Shown piece after piece: positions 8,998 through 19,583 of a stretch of 64,000 nt of DNA. Below the pieces are notes generated by a model, which saw only the letters and a program-made list of their open reading frames with translations, did not search any database and had not been told where the DNA came from. The translations under genes were made by a program, and so were the position numbers. Source of the stretch: a virus; the IMG/VR virus record IMGVR_UViG_3300027789_000015, positions 2,441-66,440 of that record. One strand, 5' to 3'. How positions within the stretch are numbered: position 1 is the stretch's first letter; each line of letters begins with the position of its first letter.

Positions 8998-9382
8998 ACA
9001 GGGCTCCAGGCGTGAAGCGGCTGGAATCCGACCAGCCCTGCAGCCCGGCAGCGATCAGCTCGCTGCAGAACCACTTCGAGTCGTCCTGCCAGTCGCGCCA
9101 GGGCATCAGGAAGCCCCACAGGGCCTCACCGTCGTAGGGCTTGCCGACCTGCTCGCGGTAGAACTGCATCGCCCCCAGGTGCTCGCCCGGGATCGTGACC
9201 AGCTCGTGCTCTGGGAACGCGTCCAGGAAGCTGCGCAGGCTGCGGCGGCGCACGCCGAAGCCCTGCATGCTGTCGATGATGTACGGGCCGTCCACGACGC
9301 CGCAGTGGGACCACTGCGAGCCGGTCAGCAGGCGGATGAGGTACGAGCCAAGGGTGTGGCTGCGGGTGAAGTAGACCTCCAT
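8972..9382 (-). CDS. Permuted papain-like NlpC/P60 (YiiX-type) amidase
   Basis: WSHCG, GKPYD, WFCSELIA, TP motifs with His before Cys. Confidence 0.8.
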   Translation of the reverse strand: MEVYFTRSHTLGSYLIRLLTGSQWSHCGVVDGPYIIDSMQGFGVRRRSLRSFLDAFPEHELVTIPGEHLGAMQFYREQVGKPYDGEALWGFLMPWRDWQDDSKWFCSELIAAGLQGWSDSSRFTPGALYDLLKRCV

Positions 9383-9384
9383 GG

Positions 9385-9621
9385 TCAGGTCGCCCCGCTC
9401 ATGGTGCCGAACGCGCGGAAGAAGTCGTTGCTGTTGCGGATCGCGGTGTCGACGCCGTAGCGGAGGGTGTACCGGAGCGCGTCAACCGCGTCGTTGTTCA
9501 CAGGCGGCGGGGGCGGCGGACAGAGCGTGTCGGCGACACGCTGGGCAAGCAGCCACTCCTGCAGCGACACGCCGTCGATACGGAACGTACCCAGGCACTC
9601 AAGAGCCTTGTGCGTCATCAT
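9385..9621 (-). CDS. Hypothetical protein
   Basis: 78 aa, GAGGAG RBS, between terS and the amidase. Confidence 0.5.
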   Translation of the reverse strand: MMTHKALECLGTFRIDGVSLQEWLLAQRVADTLCPPPPPPVNNDAVDALRYTLRYGVDTAIRNSNDFFRAFGTMSGAT

Positions 9622-10261
9622 TCGTCATCTCCTCAATGAGTTGGGGCGCTTTCTCGGTGAGCATCTTCATGAGGTCCGCGTCGGAGAGCTGCTCCAGCCG
9701 GCCCATGAACATCTGACCCGTCACGTTCAGCTCGATGCGCTTCTTGACCGGCTCGAAGTAGCCGCACATCTGGCCGACGGTCTTCCAGCCGTTGATCACG
9801 GTGGCCGGCTCAGCCATGAGCTTGGCCATCTCGATGCCCTCCAGCAAGCCGTCCATGACCTGCTTGCGGGTCATCTGGCTCGCCTCCTCATAGAGGCGCT
9901 TCTCCTCGTTGTAGAGGGCGACGGCCTGGGGGAAGCGTGCGAGCTTGTAGGCGTAGGTGGCCCCATCCCCGTAGCCGGCCCGTGCCGAGGCAGATGGGAT
10001 CGACTCGCCCTGCGCCCAATACTTGACGAACAGCTTGGCCTTCTCGGTCAGGGGCTTGTTCGGGTCGATGGACTCAGCGATCTCGGCGGTCGGGATGTTG
10101 CTCGCGCTGACGTACTTCCTGCGGTTGTCGGCGACGGTCTCGGCGACCTTCGTAGCGTTGGCGCCCCGCTTCTTCGCAGGCGGCTTCGAGACCTTCTTCA
10201 AGCCGCGGCCGTTGGACTTGGTGTTGAGTCCGTCAGGGTTGGGCGGGAGGCGCTTGGTCAT
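9599..10261 (-). CDS. terS: Terminase small subunit
   Basis: LTEKAKLFV..SASARAGY HTH-like segment, MTRKQVMDGL; first gene of the packaging operon. Confidence 0.75.
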   Translation of the reverse strand: MTKRLPPNPDGLNTKSNGRGLKKVSKPPAKKRGANATKVAETVADNRRKYVSASNIPTAEIAESIDPNKPLTEKAKLFVKYWAQGESIPSASARAGYGDGATYAYKLARFPQAVALYNEEKRLYEEASQMTRKQVMDGLLEGIEMAKLMAEPATVINGWKTVGQMCGYFEPVKKRIELNVTGQMFMGRLEQLSDADLMKMLTEKAPQLIEEMTNDDAQGS

Positions 10262-10277
10262 TTGGGACTGGATTCTA

Positions 10278-10294
10278 CGATCTAAGTTAGATGA
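10278..10294. promoter_or_regulatory. Palindromic motif copy 2 (upstream of terS)
   Basis: cgatctaagttagatga, 16 nt upstream of the terS ATG. Confidence 0.6.
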
Positions 10295-10299
10295 GCGGT

Positions 10300-10500
10300 C
10301 AACGGGGTGACTTTGGGGCTGGGAGCCGGGAGGCTTGGAGCGAGGGGCTGGGTGAAAAATTTTCTGAAAATTTTTTCTAGGTACGGCTCAACGAGTCTCC
10401 CCTCCCCACCCCGCTCACCGGGAGTACCCGGTTCGGATTCGGACTCACGCTCCGGAAAAAAGGATGCTTACCGGGGGAGGGGATCGCACGCTCCGGAAAA
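10300..10500. other. Divergence point; candidate packaging/terminus region
   Basis: Non-coding; G-runs then C-runs, gaaaaattttctgaaaattttttc tract, 14-bp direct repeat cacgctccggaaaa at 10446 and 10487; next to terS. Confidence 0.45.
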
Positions 10501-10506
10501 TCCCAG

Positions 10507-10553
10507 CAGCCCTCGTTCCTCGGGCTGCGTCTCGCCGCCTTTGTGTTCTTCCA
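10507..10553 (+). promoter_or_regulatory. Early leader element copy 1
   Basis: Hairpin cagccctcgttcctcgggctg, 13 nt, ttgtgttcttcca, then RBS. Confidence 0.6.
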
Positions 10554-10572
10554 ACCCACATAGGAGCCCATC

Positions 10573-10815
10573 ATGGCATCGCTCACAAAGGCCCAGCTCG
10601 TCGTCGAACTCTCCACCCTCCGCGAACACTGCGCCAAGATCGAGGCGCAGCTCGAATCAGCACAGGCTCGCCTCGCCAGCCTGCCCGCACCGCGCGCTCA
10701 GCGCCCTGCCTACACGCCCCCGGCACCCAGCGCCGAGCAGCTCGCTCGCCGTGAGGCCATGGCGAAGGCCAAGACTGCTGCCATCGCAACCGGCCGCTCA
10801 GTTCTCGTGGCATGA
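10573..10815 (+). CDS. Early hypothetical protein
   Basis: TAGGAG RBS, 80 aa. Confidence 0.75.
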   Translation: MASLTKAQLVVELSTLREHCAKIEAQLESAQARLASLPAPRAQRPAYTPPAPSAEQLARREAMAKAKTAAIATGRSVLVA

Positions 10816-10829
10816 CCACGCCCCTGGCA

Positions 10830-10876
10830 CAGCCCTCGTTCCTCGGGCTGTGTCGTCCTGCTCTTGTGTTCTTCCA
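10830..10876 (+). promoter_or_regulatory. Early leader element copy 2
   Basis: Identical 21-nt hairpin and 13-nt box, same spacing as copy 1. Confidence 0.6.
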
Positions 10877-10896
10877 CCCACTGTAAGGAGACCATC

Positions 10897-11412
10897 ATGG
10901 TCACGCGTTCCTCCGTTTCCGCCTCTTCCTCCACCCAAGCCAAGCTCGAAGCCGCCCGCGCCGAGCACAAGGCGCGCAAGGCCAAGGCCACTGTCGTCGA
11001 GCCGACCAAGCTCGACGAGATCCACGCCATCCACGAGGATGACAGCGTCGAGGGCCTCACCGCTCGCATGCAGGCCGCATACGACGCGCTGATGTCCAAG
11101 CTCGGCGCGGCCACGCCCGCACGCTACTTGTGCAGCGCCATCCTGGCCCTGGCCACCGCGTGCGGCCTCGGCTGGCTGGTCGGTCACGTCCTCACGTGGC
11201 TCATGATCGCTGTGGCGCTGGCCACCGGCAGCGCGTTCCTCGTATACCTCGTCGGCATCATCGGCCTCATCGCCAGTGCCTACGCTGGCTACAAGATCAG
11301 CGGCGTGATCTTCGACTACGTCGTCACCAAGCGCGTCGACGCGCACTGGCAAGCGACCAAGGATGCCGTCGGCAGCTTCTTCAGCCGCAAGCCGCAGGTC
11401 ATCCAGGGCTAA
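10897..11412 (+). CDS. Early membrane protein
   Basis: TAAGGAG RBS; long hydrophobic segments. Confidence 0.75.
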   Translation: MVTRSSVSASSSTQAKLEAARAEHKARKAKATVVEPTKLDEIHAIHEDDSVEGLTARMQAAYDALMSKLGAATPARYLCSAILALATACGLGWLVGHVLTWLMIAVALATGSAFLVYLVGIIGLIASAYAGYKISGVIFDYVVTKRVDAHWQATKDAVGSFFSRKPQVIQG

Positions 11413-11457
11413 CGCCCATCAACCACGAGCCCGGCCCGCAGGGGCTGGGCTCTTCGC

Positions 11458-11757
11458 ATGGAGGTCGACATGCTCAGCATGGGGATCGTCGTCGCACTGG
11501 GACTGCTCGTCGTGCTGGCCAAGCTCGACTGGCGTCGCAAGATGTGGGTGATCAGTCACCCGCTGACTATGGACATTGGCGTGTTCATAGTTTTTACCTT
11601 TTTGCACTGGGGCACCTTCTCTGGGGTCATGGTCGCCGCGGTCGGCGCACTGTTCACTTCGATCACGCTTTCATGCGCGAAATGGGCCGTGGGCTACGTC
11701 AAGGACAACCGCTACTACCCCGGCGTGTTCAACGTCATCAACAAGCTCAAGGAGTGA
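11458..11757 (+). CDS. Small membrane protein
   Basis: Three hydrophobic segments; GGAGG RBS before the internal ATG 11470. Confidence 0.7.
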   Translation: MEVDMLSMGIVVALGLLVVLAKLDWRRKMWVISHPLTMDIGVFIVFTFLHWGTFSGVMVAAVGALFTSITLSCAKWAVGYVKDNRYYPGVFNVINKLKE

Positions 11758-11924
11758 GCCAGTGAACCTGCCCTTCTACCTCAAGCTCAACCCGCGCCCC
11801 ATGGGCGACGCGTTGAGCGATGCGCTCCGTGATCGCGTTGAGTTCACATGGCTCGACACCCGCAAGCTCGCCAGCACCGGCACACGGTACTGGGGCAAGG
11901 GCGGTCTCGGCTTCTAAGGTTGAT

Positions 11925-11970
11925 GCAGCAAGCGTTCCGCTTGCTGCGTCTTCCTGCTTTCGCGTTCTTA
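11925..11970 (+). promoter_or_regulatory. Early leader element copy 3 (diverged)
   Basis: gcagcaagcg-ttc-cgcttgctgc hairpin, same spacing, tcgcgttctt box, TAGGAG RBS. Confidence 0.5.
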
Positions 11971-11995
11971 GTGTCCACGAACATAGGAGCTATCC

Positions 11996-12613
11996 ATGGA
12001 CGACATCGAAAGACGCAACATCATCGCCCGGACGAGGTCTTTCATCCGAGCGATCAACTGCATGTACTGGCTGCTCAACGGCAGTGCTGTGGTGAACCAG
12101 GCAGCGCTCGAATTCCTCCCAGCGCACGAAGCCACTCGGCTTAGCTGGGACGAGCCCGCAAAGCAGCGCCTGTGGGCCGAGGCCTTGGCTCCCTTCTGCA
12201 AGGAGGAAAGCCATGAGCCTGCCCAACACGCGTAACGCGCAGATCACAGCCGTGGTCAACCGCTACGAGTACCTGATCGGTGAGGCCGTCCTGCGTCACG
12301 CAGGCGCACGACTGCCTCACGAGCAGCGCACGCGGTTCTACGCGCTCGACCGTCTGCGGAGTCGCTACCGCAGAACCATCAACCGTCTGCTCCTCAAGGA
12401 GAAGTCGTAGTGAATCAACCACGTTCACGGTTCATCCGCATCGAAGTCAGCATCGAGGACAGCGAGTCGGCCCGTCTCGCCTATGAGTTCTACGCAGGCG
12501 ATGGCGCGGTCAGCAACGACCCGTTCGACATCGCCGCGGATCGCGAGGAACAGCAGGGCGAGCCCCTGTACCACAGCAGGAAGGAGGAGGACATGCGCCT
12601 GCCCGACATCTAG
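11996..12613 (+). CDS. Three small early ORFs (11996-12235, 12213-12410, 12410-12613)
   Basis: Each has an RBS; overlapping or abutting. Confidence 0.6.
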
Positions 12614-12845
12614 CCCGACGGGCTTGCTGCACATACCGAGTGTCGGGGTATGCAGCACCAACGAACTGACACACCGGCACACACACAGGGCGACTAGCGC
12701 GGAGCCGGCTGCGCGATTCTCTAGCCCGACAAGCACGCATGTTCGCCGTACTCGCGCAAGCGGGCGGCACGAAGCTGGTTGCAGCACACCCGTCTGGGCA
12801 GACGTAAAGGCCCAACGTCTCTCAACTCACTCACTTAGGAACATC

Positions 12846-13865
12846 ATGCCCCGCACTCACACCGTTACCCCTGGCACCGTCAACAGCCTGACCGACCTGC
12901 CGGCACTGAACCCCACCATCGTGACCTCTCCCCGGTCGTTCGACCCCATCGACTTCGTCCACACCCGCATCCACAACGAACGCGCTCGCGTGCGCGTGCT
13001 GTCCTCGCTGGCGTGGACGCTGGATGTCACCCTGATCGGTCAGGTCCGCACGCTGTTCTTCGACATGTTCAAGGACATGCAAGTCGGCGGTGACATCGAC
13101 AACTACAACAGCTTCCTGGCTGCGATGAACGAGCGCGAGCAACGCGAGACCAACCTTGTCGAACAAGGCTTTCTCGAAGGCGAGGGTGTGTACAGCATCC
13201 GCCGCCTGCTGGCCCTGCGCTCGAAGTTCCACGACGCAGTGGACACCGCCCAGGTCAACAGCCGGTACGTCATGCCGACCATCGAGCAGCTCCTGGCCAA
13301 CGAGAAGCCGCAGAAGGCCAACGCGTTGACCAAGGAGAAGCTGCGCATGCTGGCCGACGACGAGTACCCGAACGACAAGGCCGAGGCCCAGGCGCTGTAC
13401 GAGGAGTACGTCAAGCGTGAAGACCTGCAAGCCATCGACCGGCACGAAGCCGCACAGTCGCGCATCCCTGCGATTGCTGGCATGTGCCACTTCATCGGCA
13501 ACACGTCGACCGTGACCGAGGCCGAGTTCAGTGACCTGCCGCTGGACACCCGCAAGCGCATCATCTCTGGTCTCCAGGGTGCGCTGGGTCGTGCGCTCAC
13601 CGATCTGGCTGCCGACCGCAAGGTCGACGTGCTCCAGTTCGCAGCCGCACGTCGCGAGCTGAAGGCCGCTGTCGTCGAACTCACCGAGTTGCTGGCTGCA
13701 CCGCTCTTCAACGAGAGCACCAGCCAGTCGCAGATCGACGAAGCGCGTCTCGACAAGAAGCTGGAAGCCACCGGCGAGTGGAATCGCCAGAGCGGCTTCA
13801 CGAGCGAGCACCGTCAGGCATTGCTGGCGCAGCGTGACGGCACCATCGGCCACGTGAACGGCTAA
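12846..13865 (+). CDS. Hypothetical helical protein, 339 aa
   Basis: TAGGA RBS before ATG 12846; phage-typical codon bias; followed by two hairpins (13873-13926). Confidence 0.8.
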   Translation: MPRTHTVTPGTVNSLTDLPALNPTIVTSPRSFDPIDFVHTRIHNERARVRVLSSLAWTLDVTLIGQVRTLFFDMFKDMQVGGDIDNYNSFLAAMNEREQRETNLVEQGFLEGEGVYSIRRLLALRSKFHDAVDTAQVNSRYVMPTIEQLLANEKPQKANALTKEKLRMLADDEYPNDKAEAQALYEEYVKREDLQAIDRHEAAQSRIPAIAGMCHFIGNTSTVTEAEFSDLPLDTRKRIISGLQGALGRALTDLAADRKVDVLQFAAARRELKAAVVELTELLAAPLFNESTSQSQIDEARLDKKLEATGEWNRQSGFTSEHRQALLAQRDGTIGHVNG

Positions 13866-13932
13866 CAGCCGCGTGGGAGCAGGCGATCAGCCTGCTCCCA
13901 CCTAACCGTCAGCCTGGGCTGACGGACTACGG

Positions 13933-14110
13933 ACTTCCAAATTCCATTACTTTCTGCAGGAAACCTCCTCTACTATAAACACATAGTCCTTCTTATATAC
14001 TTCTTTTTGGTTAGATAGATAGATTGGAAGAATGTAAGATTGTAAGTTATATAGGTAAAAGGGCATTCCAGTGTCCCTCCAAAACAGCCTGTTCTTACAC
14101 TCTTGCACTC
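13933..14110. other. AT-rich origin-like element copy A
   Basis: Low-GC island directly upstream of the primase-helicase; paralogue at 42317-42497. Confidence 0.6.
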
Positions 14111-14151
14111 ACCCGGTAGCGCTCATATACTGAGCGCCCTTGGAGAACTTC

Positions 14152-16524
14152 ATGAATGTCCACTTCCTCGAAGCCTCAACACCCCTCACAAAGAGCTATT
14201 CGCGGGATGCGAATGGAATCCTCAACAAGACTCCCTACCCCTTCGTTTGGGAGTTCACATCGCATGACGAGGAGATCAACACCCTTGCTGAACTGGATGC
14301 CGCACTGAGGCACCACGCGAACCTCGGACACTGCATGCTGAAGGGAAGCCTGACGCATCCCCTGGTCAAGCAATCGCGTGCCGGCAGCACGCGCACCGGA
14401 GATGAGACCCAGATCCTCGTCCTCGACCTCGACGGACTGTCCATCGCCAACGCACCGAACATCGACGCGTTCCTCATGGCACTGGGCCTCAACGACATCA
14501 GCTACATCGTCCAGTGGTCAGCGTCCTATGGCATCGAGAACAAGGATCTCCGTGCCCACGTCTTCATGATGTTGGATCGCCCGTACGCAGCACCTCTGCT
14601 CAAGCAATGGCTGATCCAGCTCAACCATGACGTACCCCTGCTGAACAACGAGATGGGGCTGACCAAGACCGGGAACGCAATCTCCTGGCCCCTGGACACC
14701 AGTGCGTGCCAGAACGACAAGCTGATCTACATCGCGCGCCCCAAGCTCACGAACATCAAAGACCCGCTACCCAAGAATGGGCGCATCCAACTGGTCACCC
14801 GGAAGAAGCCCACCCTGTCCATCGGGCAGGTCAACAGCACGGACAAGAACCGTGCTCTCACCATCAAGCGCATCGAAGCCTTGCGCGAGGCCGCGGGCCT
14901 GCCCAAGCGCAAGATCACGTACAAGATGCACGGCACCACCGAGGTGATGGTGAAGCCTGACTCCTGCACGGTCACCGGCATGAAGCAGGAACGTGGCTTC
15001 TGCTACTTCAACCTCAACAACGGTGACTCCTGGGCGTACTACCACCCCGAGAACAATCCGGACTACATCTACAGCTTCAAGGGCGAGAGCGCCTACCTCA
15101 CCAAGGAACTGCTGCCTGACTACTGGGCACAGATCTGCGCCTCACCCAAGGTCAACAGCAGCGGCGAGCTGTACCTCGCCTTCTGTGACCGCAAGACCGG
15201 CACGTACTGGCGTGGCACCTACAACCAGGGCACGGACGAGCTGGTGCTGCACCCTGCGAAGAACGAGACCCAGGTCCGTCACTTCGCCAAGCAGTACGGC
15301 ATGCCCCTCGGTGACTTCATCCCCGAGTGGGACTTGACGTTCGACCCGCATGACAACGTGCGCGTCGACCCGGTCAACCGGACCATCAACTACTTCACAC
15401 CCAGTGCCTACATGCAGGCCCAGCCGGCCAAGGTCACCCAGGTGCCCAAGGTGATCAACAAGGTCATCTCGCACGCACTGGGCGGTGACCCGGCCACGGT
15501 CAAGCACTTCATGAACTGGGTCGCCTACATCCTGCAGACGCGTGAGAAGGCCAAGACCGCCTGGATCTTGCACGGTGTCCCTGGCACCGGTAAGGGCGTG
15601 CTGACCCACAACATTCTGCGCCCTCTGTTCGGTGCCTCCCAGACCGCAACACGCCGCATGGAGGAGCTGAACGAGCCGTACAACCACTGGATGAAGACTG
15701 CGCTCATGGTCTTCATCGACGAGGTGCAGACCAAGGCGCTGCAGAACGAGCGGGGCGTCATGGCCAAGCTCAAGAACTTCATCACCGAGACCAACGTGGT
15801 CATCCGTGAGATGTACCACGGTGGCCACGAGTGTCGCAGCTACTGCAACTTCATCTTCATGTCGAACATGCCTGACCCTGTCAGCATCGACAAGCACGAC
15901 CGCCGGTTCAATGTGGGCAAGTACCAGCCGGCCAAGCTCCAGATCACCCAGGCCGAGATCGCCAGCATCGAGGCCGAGCTGCAGCCGTTCCACGACTACT
16001 TGATGACGTTCAAGGTCGACCTGTCCGCAGTCTCCACGCCCTTGGAGAGCGAGGACAGGGCCACGATGATCAGCATCAGCGAGTCCAGCGTCGACACCAT
16101 CGGCGCTGCGATCCTCGAAGGCAGGTTCGGCTTGCTGGTCGACATGCTGCCCAGCAACGATGCCTACAAGGCGAACGCGCTGGAGATCAACAAGGTCGAG
16201 GACTACCGTGCGGTGTTGCGCCAAGCACTCGACCGCATGGACCGCAACACCGGCGCGTGCAGCCTGAGCCGTGAAGACCTGCGCACGATCTTCGAGTACA
16301 CGGTGGGCGGCATGCCTGCCACCCCGAACAAGTTCACGAGCTTGCTGAAGCACCACCGCATCCACATCACGAAGGTGTGGCACGACGGGCGCACCGTGAA
16401 CGGCATCAAGACGATGTTCCAAGACACGCTGGCGTGGCAAGCCTACAGCGACGTTGTTTCCCCCCATCTCGCGAAGCCGGTGAAGACCAAGGCCTCGCGA
16501 GGCAAACTGACCAAGGTGAAGTGA
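14152..16524 (+). CDS. Primase / SF3 helicase (DUF5906-type C-terminus)
   Basis: N-terminal LDLD and RAH primase-like motifs; Walker A GVPGTGKG, FIDE, FMSN, DRRF. Confidence 0.82.
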   Translation: MNVHFLEASTPLTKSYSRDANGILNKTPYPFVWEFTSHDEEINTLAELDAALRHHANLGHCMLKGSLTHPLVKQSRAGSTRTGDETQILVLDLDGLSIANAPNIDAFLMALGLNDISYIVQWSASYGIENKDLRAHVFMMLDRPYAAPLLKQWLIQLNHDVPLLNNEMGLTKTGNAISWPLDTSACQNDKLIYIARPKLTNIKDPLPKNGRIQLVTRKKPTLSIGQVNSTDKNRALTIKRIEALREAAGLPKRKITYKMHGTTEVMVKPDSCTVTGMKQERGFCYFNLNNGDSWAYYHPENNPDYIYSFKGESAYLTKELLPDYWAQICASPKVNSSGELYLAFCDRKTGTYWRGTYNQGTDELVLHPAKNETQVRHFAKQYGMPLGDFIPEWDLTFDPHDNVRVDPVNRTINYFTPSAYMQAQPAKVTQVPKVINKVISHALGGDPATVKHFMNWVAYILQTREKAKTAWILHGVPGTGKGVLTHNILRPLFGASQTATRRMEELNEPYNHWMKTALMVFIDEVQTKALQNERGVMAKLKNFITETNVVIREMYHGGHECRSYCNFIFMSNMPDPVSIDKHDRRFNVGKYQPAKLQITQAEIASIEAELQPFHDYLMTFKVDLSAVSTPLESEDRATMISISESSVDTIGAAILEGRFGLLVDMLPSNDAYKANALEINKVEDYRAVLRQALDRMDRNTGACSLSREDLRTIFEYTVGGMPATPNKFTSLLKHHRIHITKVWHDGRTVNGIKTMFQDTLAWQAYSDVVSPHLAKPVKTKASRGKLTKVK

Positions 16525-19500
16525 ATGAAACTCAAAGACGCCAAGGCTGACGTTGTCGGCAAGATCGACACCGCCTTCAAGGAACTCGACCTCAACCCCG
16601 AGTCCGAGTTCGAGGGCCGGATCACCGTGGAGATCACGGGCACCGTCCACCCGGTGAAGGTCGAGACGGAGAGCAAGAGCGCGCTCACCGGCGCGGAGGT
16701 CGGCGCCCTCAAGCCCTGCCGCTCGCCGTACTGCGAGTGCAGCGAGAACAAATGCACGCACCCGGGCATGTACGACGCGCGTGATTCGCACGGGCCGACT
16801 GGCCCTTCGTTGCACGAGCAGCTCGCGAACGCCATTCAAGAAGGCAACATCGACCTCGTGCGCTCGCTCGCCGAGAAGTACGGACACAAGGAAGCCTTGA
16901 TGGCCAGTTGCGACGAAAGCCTCAAGCTGCGCCGCTTCTCCGACTACCAGCGCGCCCTCAGGACTCCCTTCACGGACAACGGTGGCCGCAAGTACGCGAA
17001 CAAGATGCTGGCGCAACTCGATCCCGAGCACTTCACTCGCCGGCACATCGGCTCGCCGCCCAGCCTGGGCTGGTGGCCGATGCCGTTCAACGACGAGCAA
17101 GGCATGGACCCGCAGCAAACGGCTCTGCGCTGGTGGGATGGCGAGCGCTGGTCGTTTCTGGCTTTCGAGGGTGACGGGTACGTCGACAGCCTCGTCGCGC
17201 TGCCCACCCGCAATAAGAACATCAAGTGGCAGCATCGCCCGCTTGACTGGCCTGTGGCGAGCTTCACGTGACCCAACACCTCTTCAAAGCTCGTGAAGAC
17301 CACGAGTACGAAGTCGAGGCGTGGTTCGAGCGCGACCGAAAGCACTTAGCGCTGACGCATCCAAGCCGGAAGAAGCCCATCGTCGAACTCTGGGACGACG
17401 AGGTCGACCAAGCGGTTGATCATGGTTTCCTGGCCCTGCCTCACCACCCACGACCCACCACCGAGATGTGGCGTGCTCCCCTTCTGGGGTACGCACGCAG
17501 CTACCAACTCATTCGCTGAGGATCATCATGACCGGACCCTACACCCGCATCTCCCCGGACACCGTGCTGCGCAGCCCTGCCACTGGTCTCTCGGCGCGTG
17601 AGGCCATCGAAAAGATGGTGCTCGACGGCCTGCGCATCTCTGTGCGTATCAACGGCCCGGAGCAGCTCTTGGAGGCCCAAAGCCCCGAAGAAGAGCAGTA
17701 TTACCGCGAGTGCATCGAAGAAGCGCGGAAGCTCCACAACCGCTTCCTGCGCAGGTCGGGCCTGGACGGCGAGAAGCTGTGAGCACGCCGCTCGGCCTGA
17801 ACCGCATCGAAGCGATTCTGCGGAGCACGGGTTACGTCACGAAGGGCCAAGCTGCGACGTGCTCCATACTGATCGCGAAGAACAAGCTGGCCTGCCCGCA
17901 GTGCCACGGCACGGAGCACTGCGGCCCTCCGAACTTCGTCGAGTGCCCGCAGTGCCGAGGGAAAGGACATGTCGAATGACTGCACAGGCGGACCTCGACA
18001 TCCTGCGCATGTTCGTGGACGAAGCACAGGAACACCACTTTCTAGTCTCGGCCCGGGGAGATGATGAGGCTCCTACGACCAGAATCTTGTTGTGGATAAT
18101 CGCCGTCTTACTCAAAGGAGGTCGGATCAAGGTTGACGGCGACGGACTTATGTCTTCGCCTGCAGCTCAGTTCCTCGACAACCTCCCTTGCCGTCCGCTT
18201 CTTCAACCCTGGCTCGAACCGCGTGAGTGGTCGCCCGAGCAAGTCATCGCGCTCAAGGTGGCGCACAAACTGGAGCCAAAACGATGAGCATCATCGCTGC
18301 CGTAAAGGCCCTCGCTGCTGAGGTCACCGCTGCCAAGGGGCAACTCGACAGCACCAAGGTCGACGAGCACGTGCGCAAGCTGTGCAAGCTCGCAGACGAC
18401 CCCACGTACTTCGCCACGCCGAACGAAATCGACGTGGCTCGTGCTCAGTACGGCACCGGCGACGTTCAGGTCGACGACGATGCCTTGGCCAGCCGCGATG
18501 GCGCGGACGGACGTTGGATCATGGCCTGGGTCTGGGTGCGCGATGCGTAAGCCGAAGATCGAGGTCCGCATCGTCGAGTACCACCCGATCTTTTTTTTGC
18601 TGTACCACATGACCATTGATCGCGTCGTCTGCATCCCCGAAAAACCTGAGAGGATCTGGCTCCCCTCGTTTAGCGTCAGCGAATGGAGCCTCACGCCCGA
18701 GGCGATCATCAAGCAAGCGTTGCGCACGTCACGCTACTCGGTCAAGTGGTGCGAGCTGTGTATTTGGCATGGAAGCAAGCTCATGCTCCACGCCGTGCGC
18801 GGCACCCCGGACGAGAACACCGCGCGCTTAGTCGCTGCGGAGCTGGAGCGGTGACTGATCCCAACGCAATGACATGTCATTGGTGCGGTACGACTAAATC
18901 CAATGACGACGGGCAGTGGTGGCACTTCAGGGATTATCGAGGTTATTTCACAGGCCTTGCCTGCTCAAGCTGCGCAGATTGGATCTGCGCGCAAACCACC
19001 CACGACATTGAAGAGATGAAGACCGCTGATGCGGTCGCCAAGGAGATCACGAAGTGAGCACCATCACAGGCAGGCGAGCCAGCACCATCGTGTACGACGA
19101 GTGGACCACGATGACCCCAGCCTCCCCGAGCATCGACGATGTGAACGCTGCCCGAGCGCGCCTCCGCAGGTTCGTCGTCCATCCCGGCAAGGACAGCAAG
19201 CACCACACGTTCTTCGCCCGCCAGATCCACGCTGCGTGTGTCGCTGCAAAGGCGAAGTACCCGGTGACCTACGCTCACTCATCGCTCACCGTGACCATCA
19301 CGAAGGGCAAGGCCCGCGCGCTGATCAACGCGAGCGACAAGTGGATCGCTGAGCAGGTTGTGCAGAGGCTTTCTCAATGAACATCTACGACCTACGCGCT
19401 GTGATCGCCGAGCTGGTCGCCCTGAAGGACATCAAGGATGAATGTCTGCGCAGACGGCAGCGCCGTCCGTGCTCCATCACCCGCAAGTTTCCTCAAGACC

Positions 19501-19583
19501 TGCTCGACGCCGAGGCCGACTACAACCGACGCAAACCGCTTGCCTGGGCTGCTGCCCGCGCAGCACTGAAGGAGATCAAGTGA
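16525..19583 (+). CDS. Cluster of about 10 small hypothetical ORFs (e.g. 16525-17271, 17268-17519, 17976-18287, 18543-18854, 18851-19057, 19054-19380, 19377-19583)
   Basis: Mostly coupled by ATGA/GTGA overlaps; some carry CxxC motifs. Confidence 0.6.

Noticed and set aside
9455..9500. NNDAVDALRY resembling a terminase nuclease C-terminus
   Set aside because: Too short to support homology in a 78-aa ORF
18591..18598. T8 homopolymer as a phase-variation site
   Set aside because: Single short tract with the ORF intact; nothing else supports slippage
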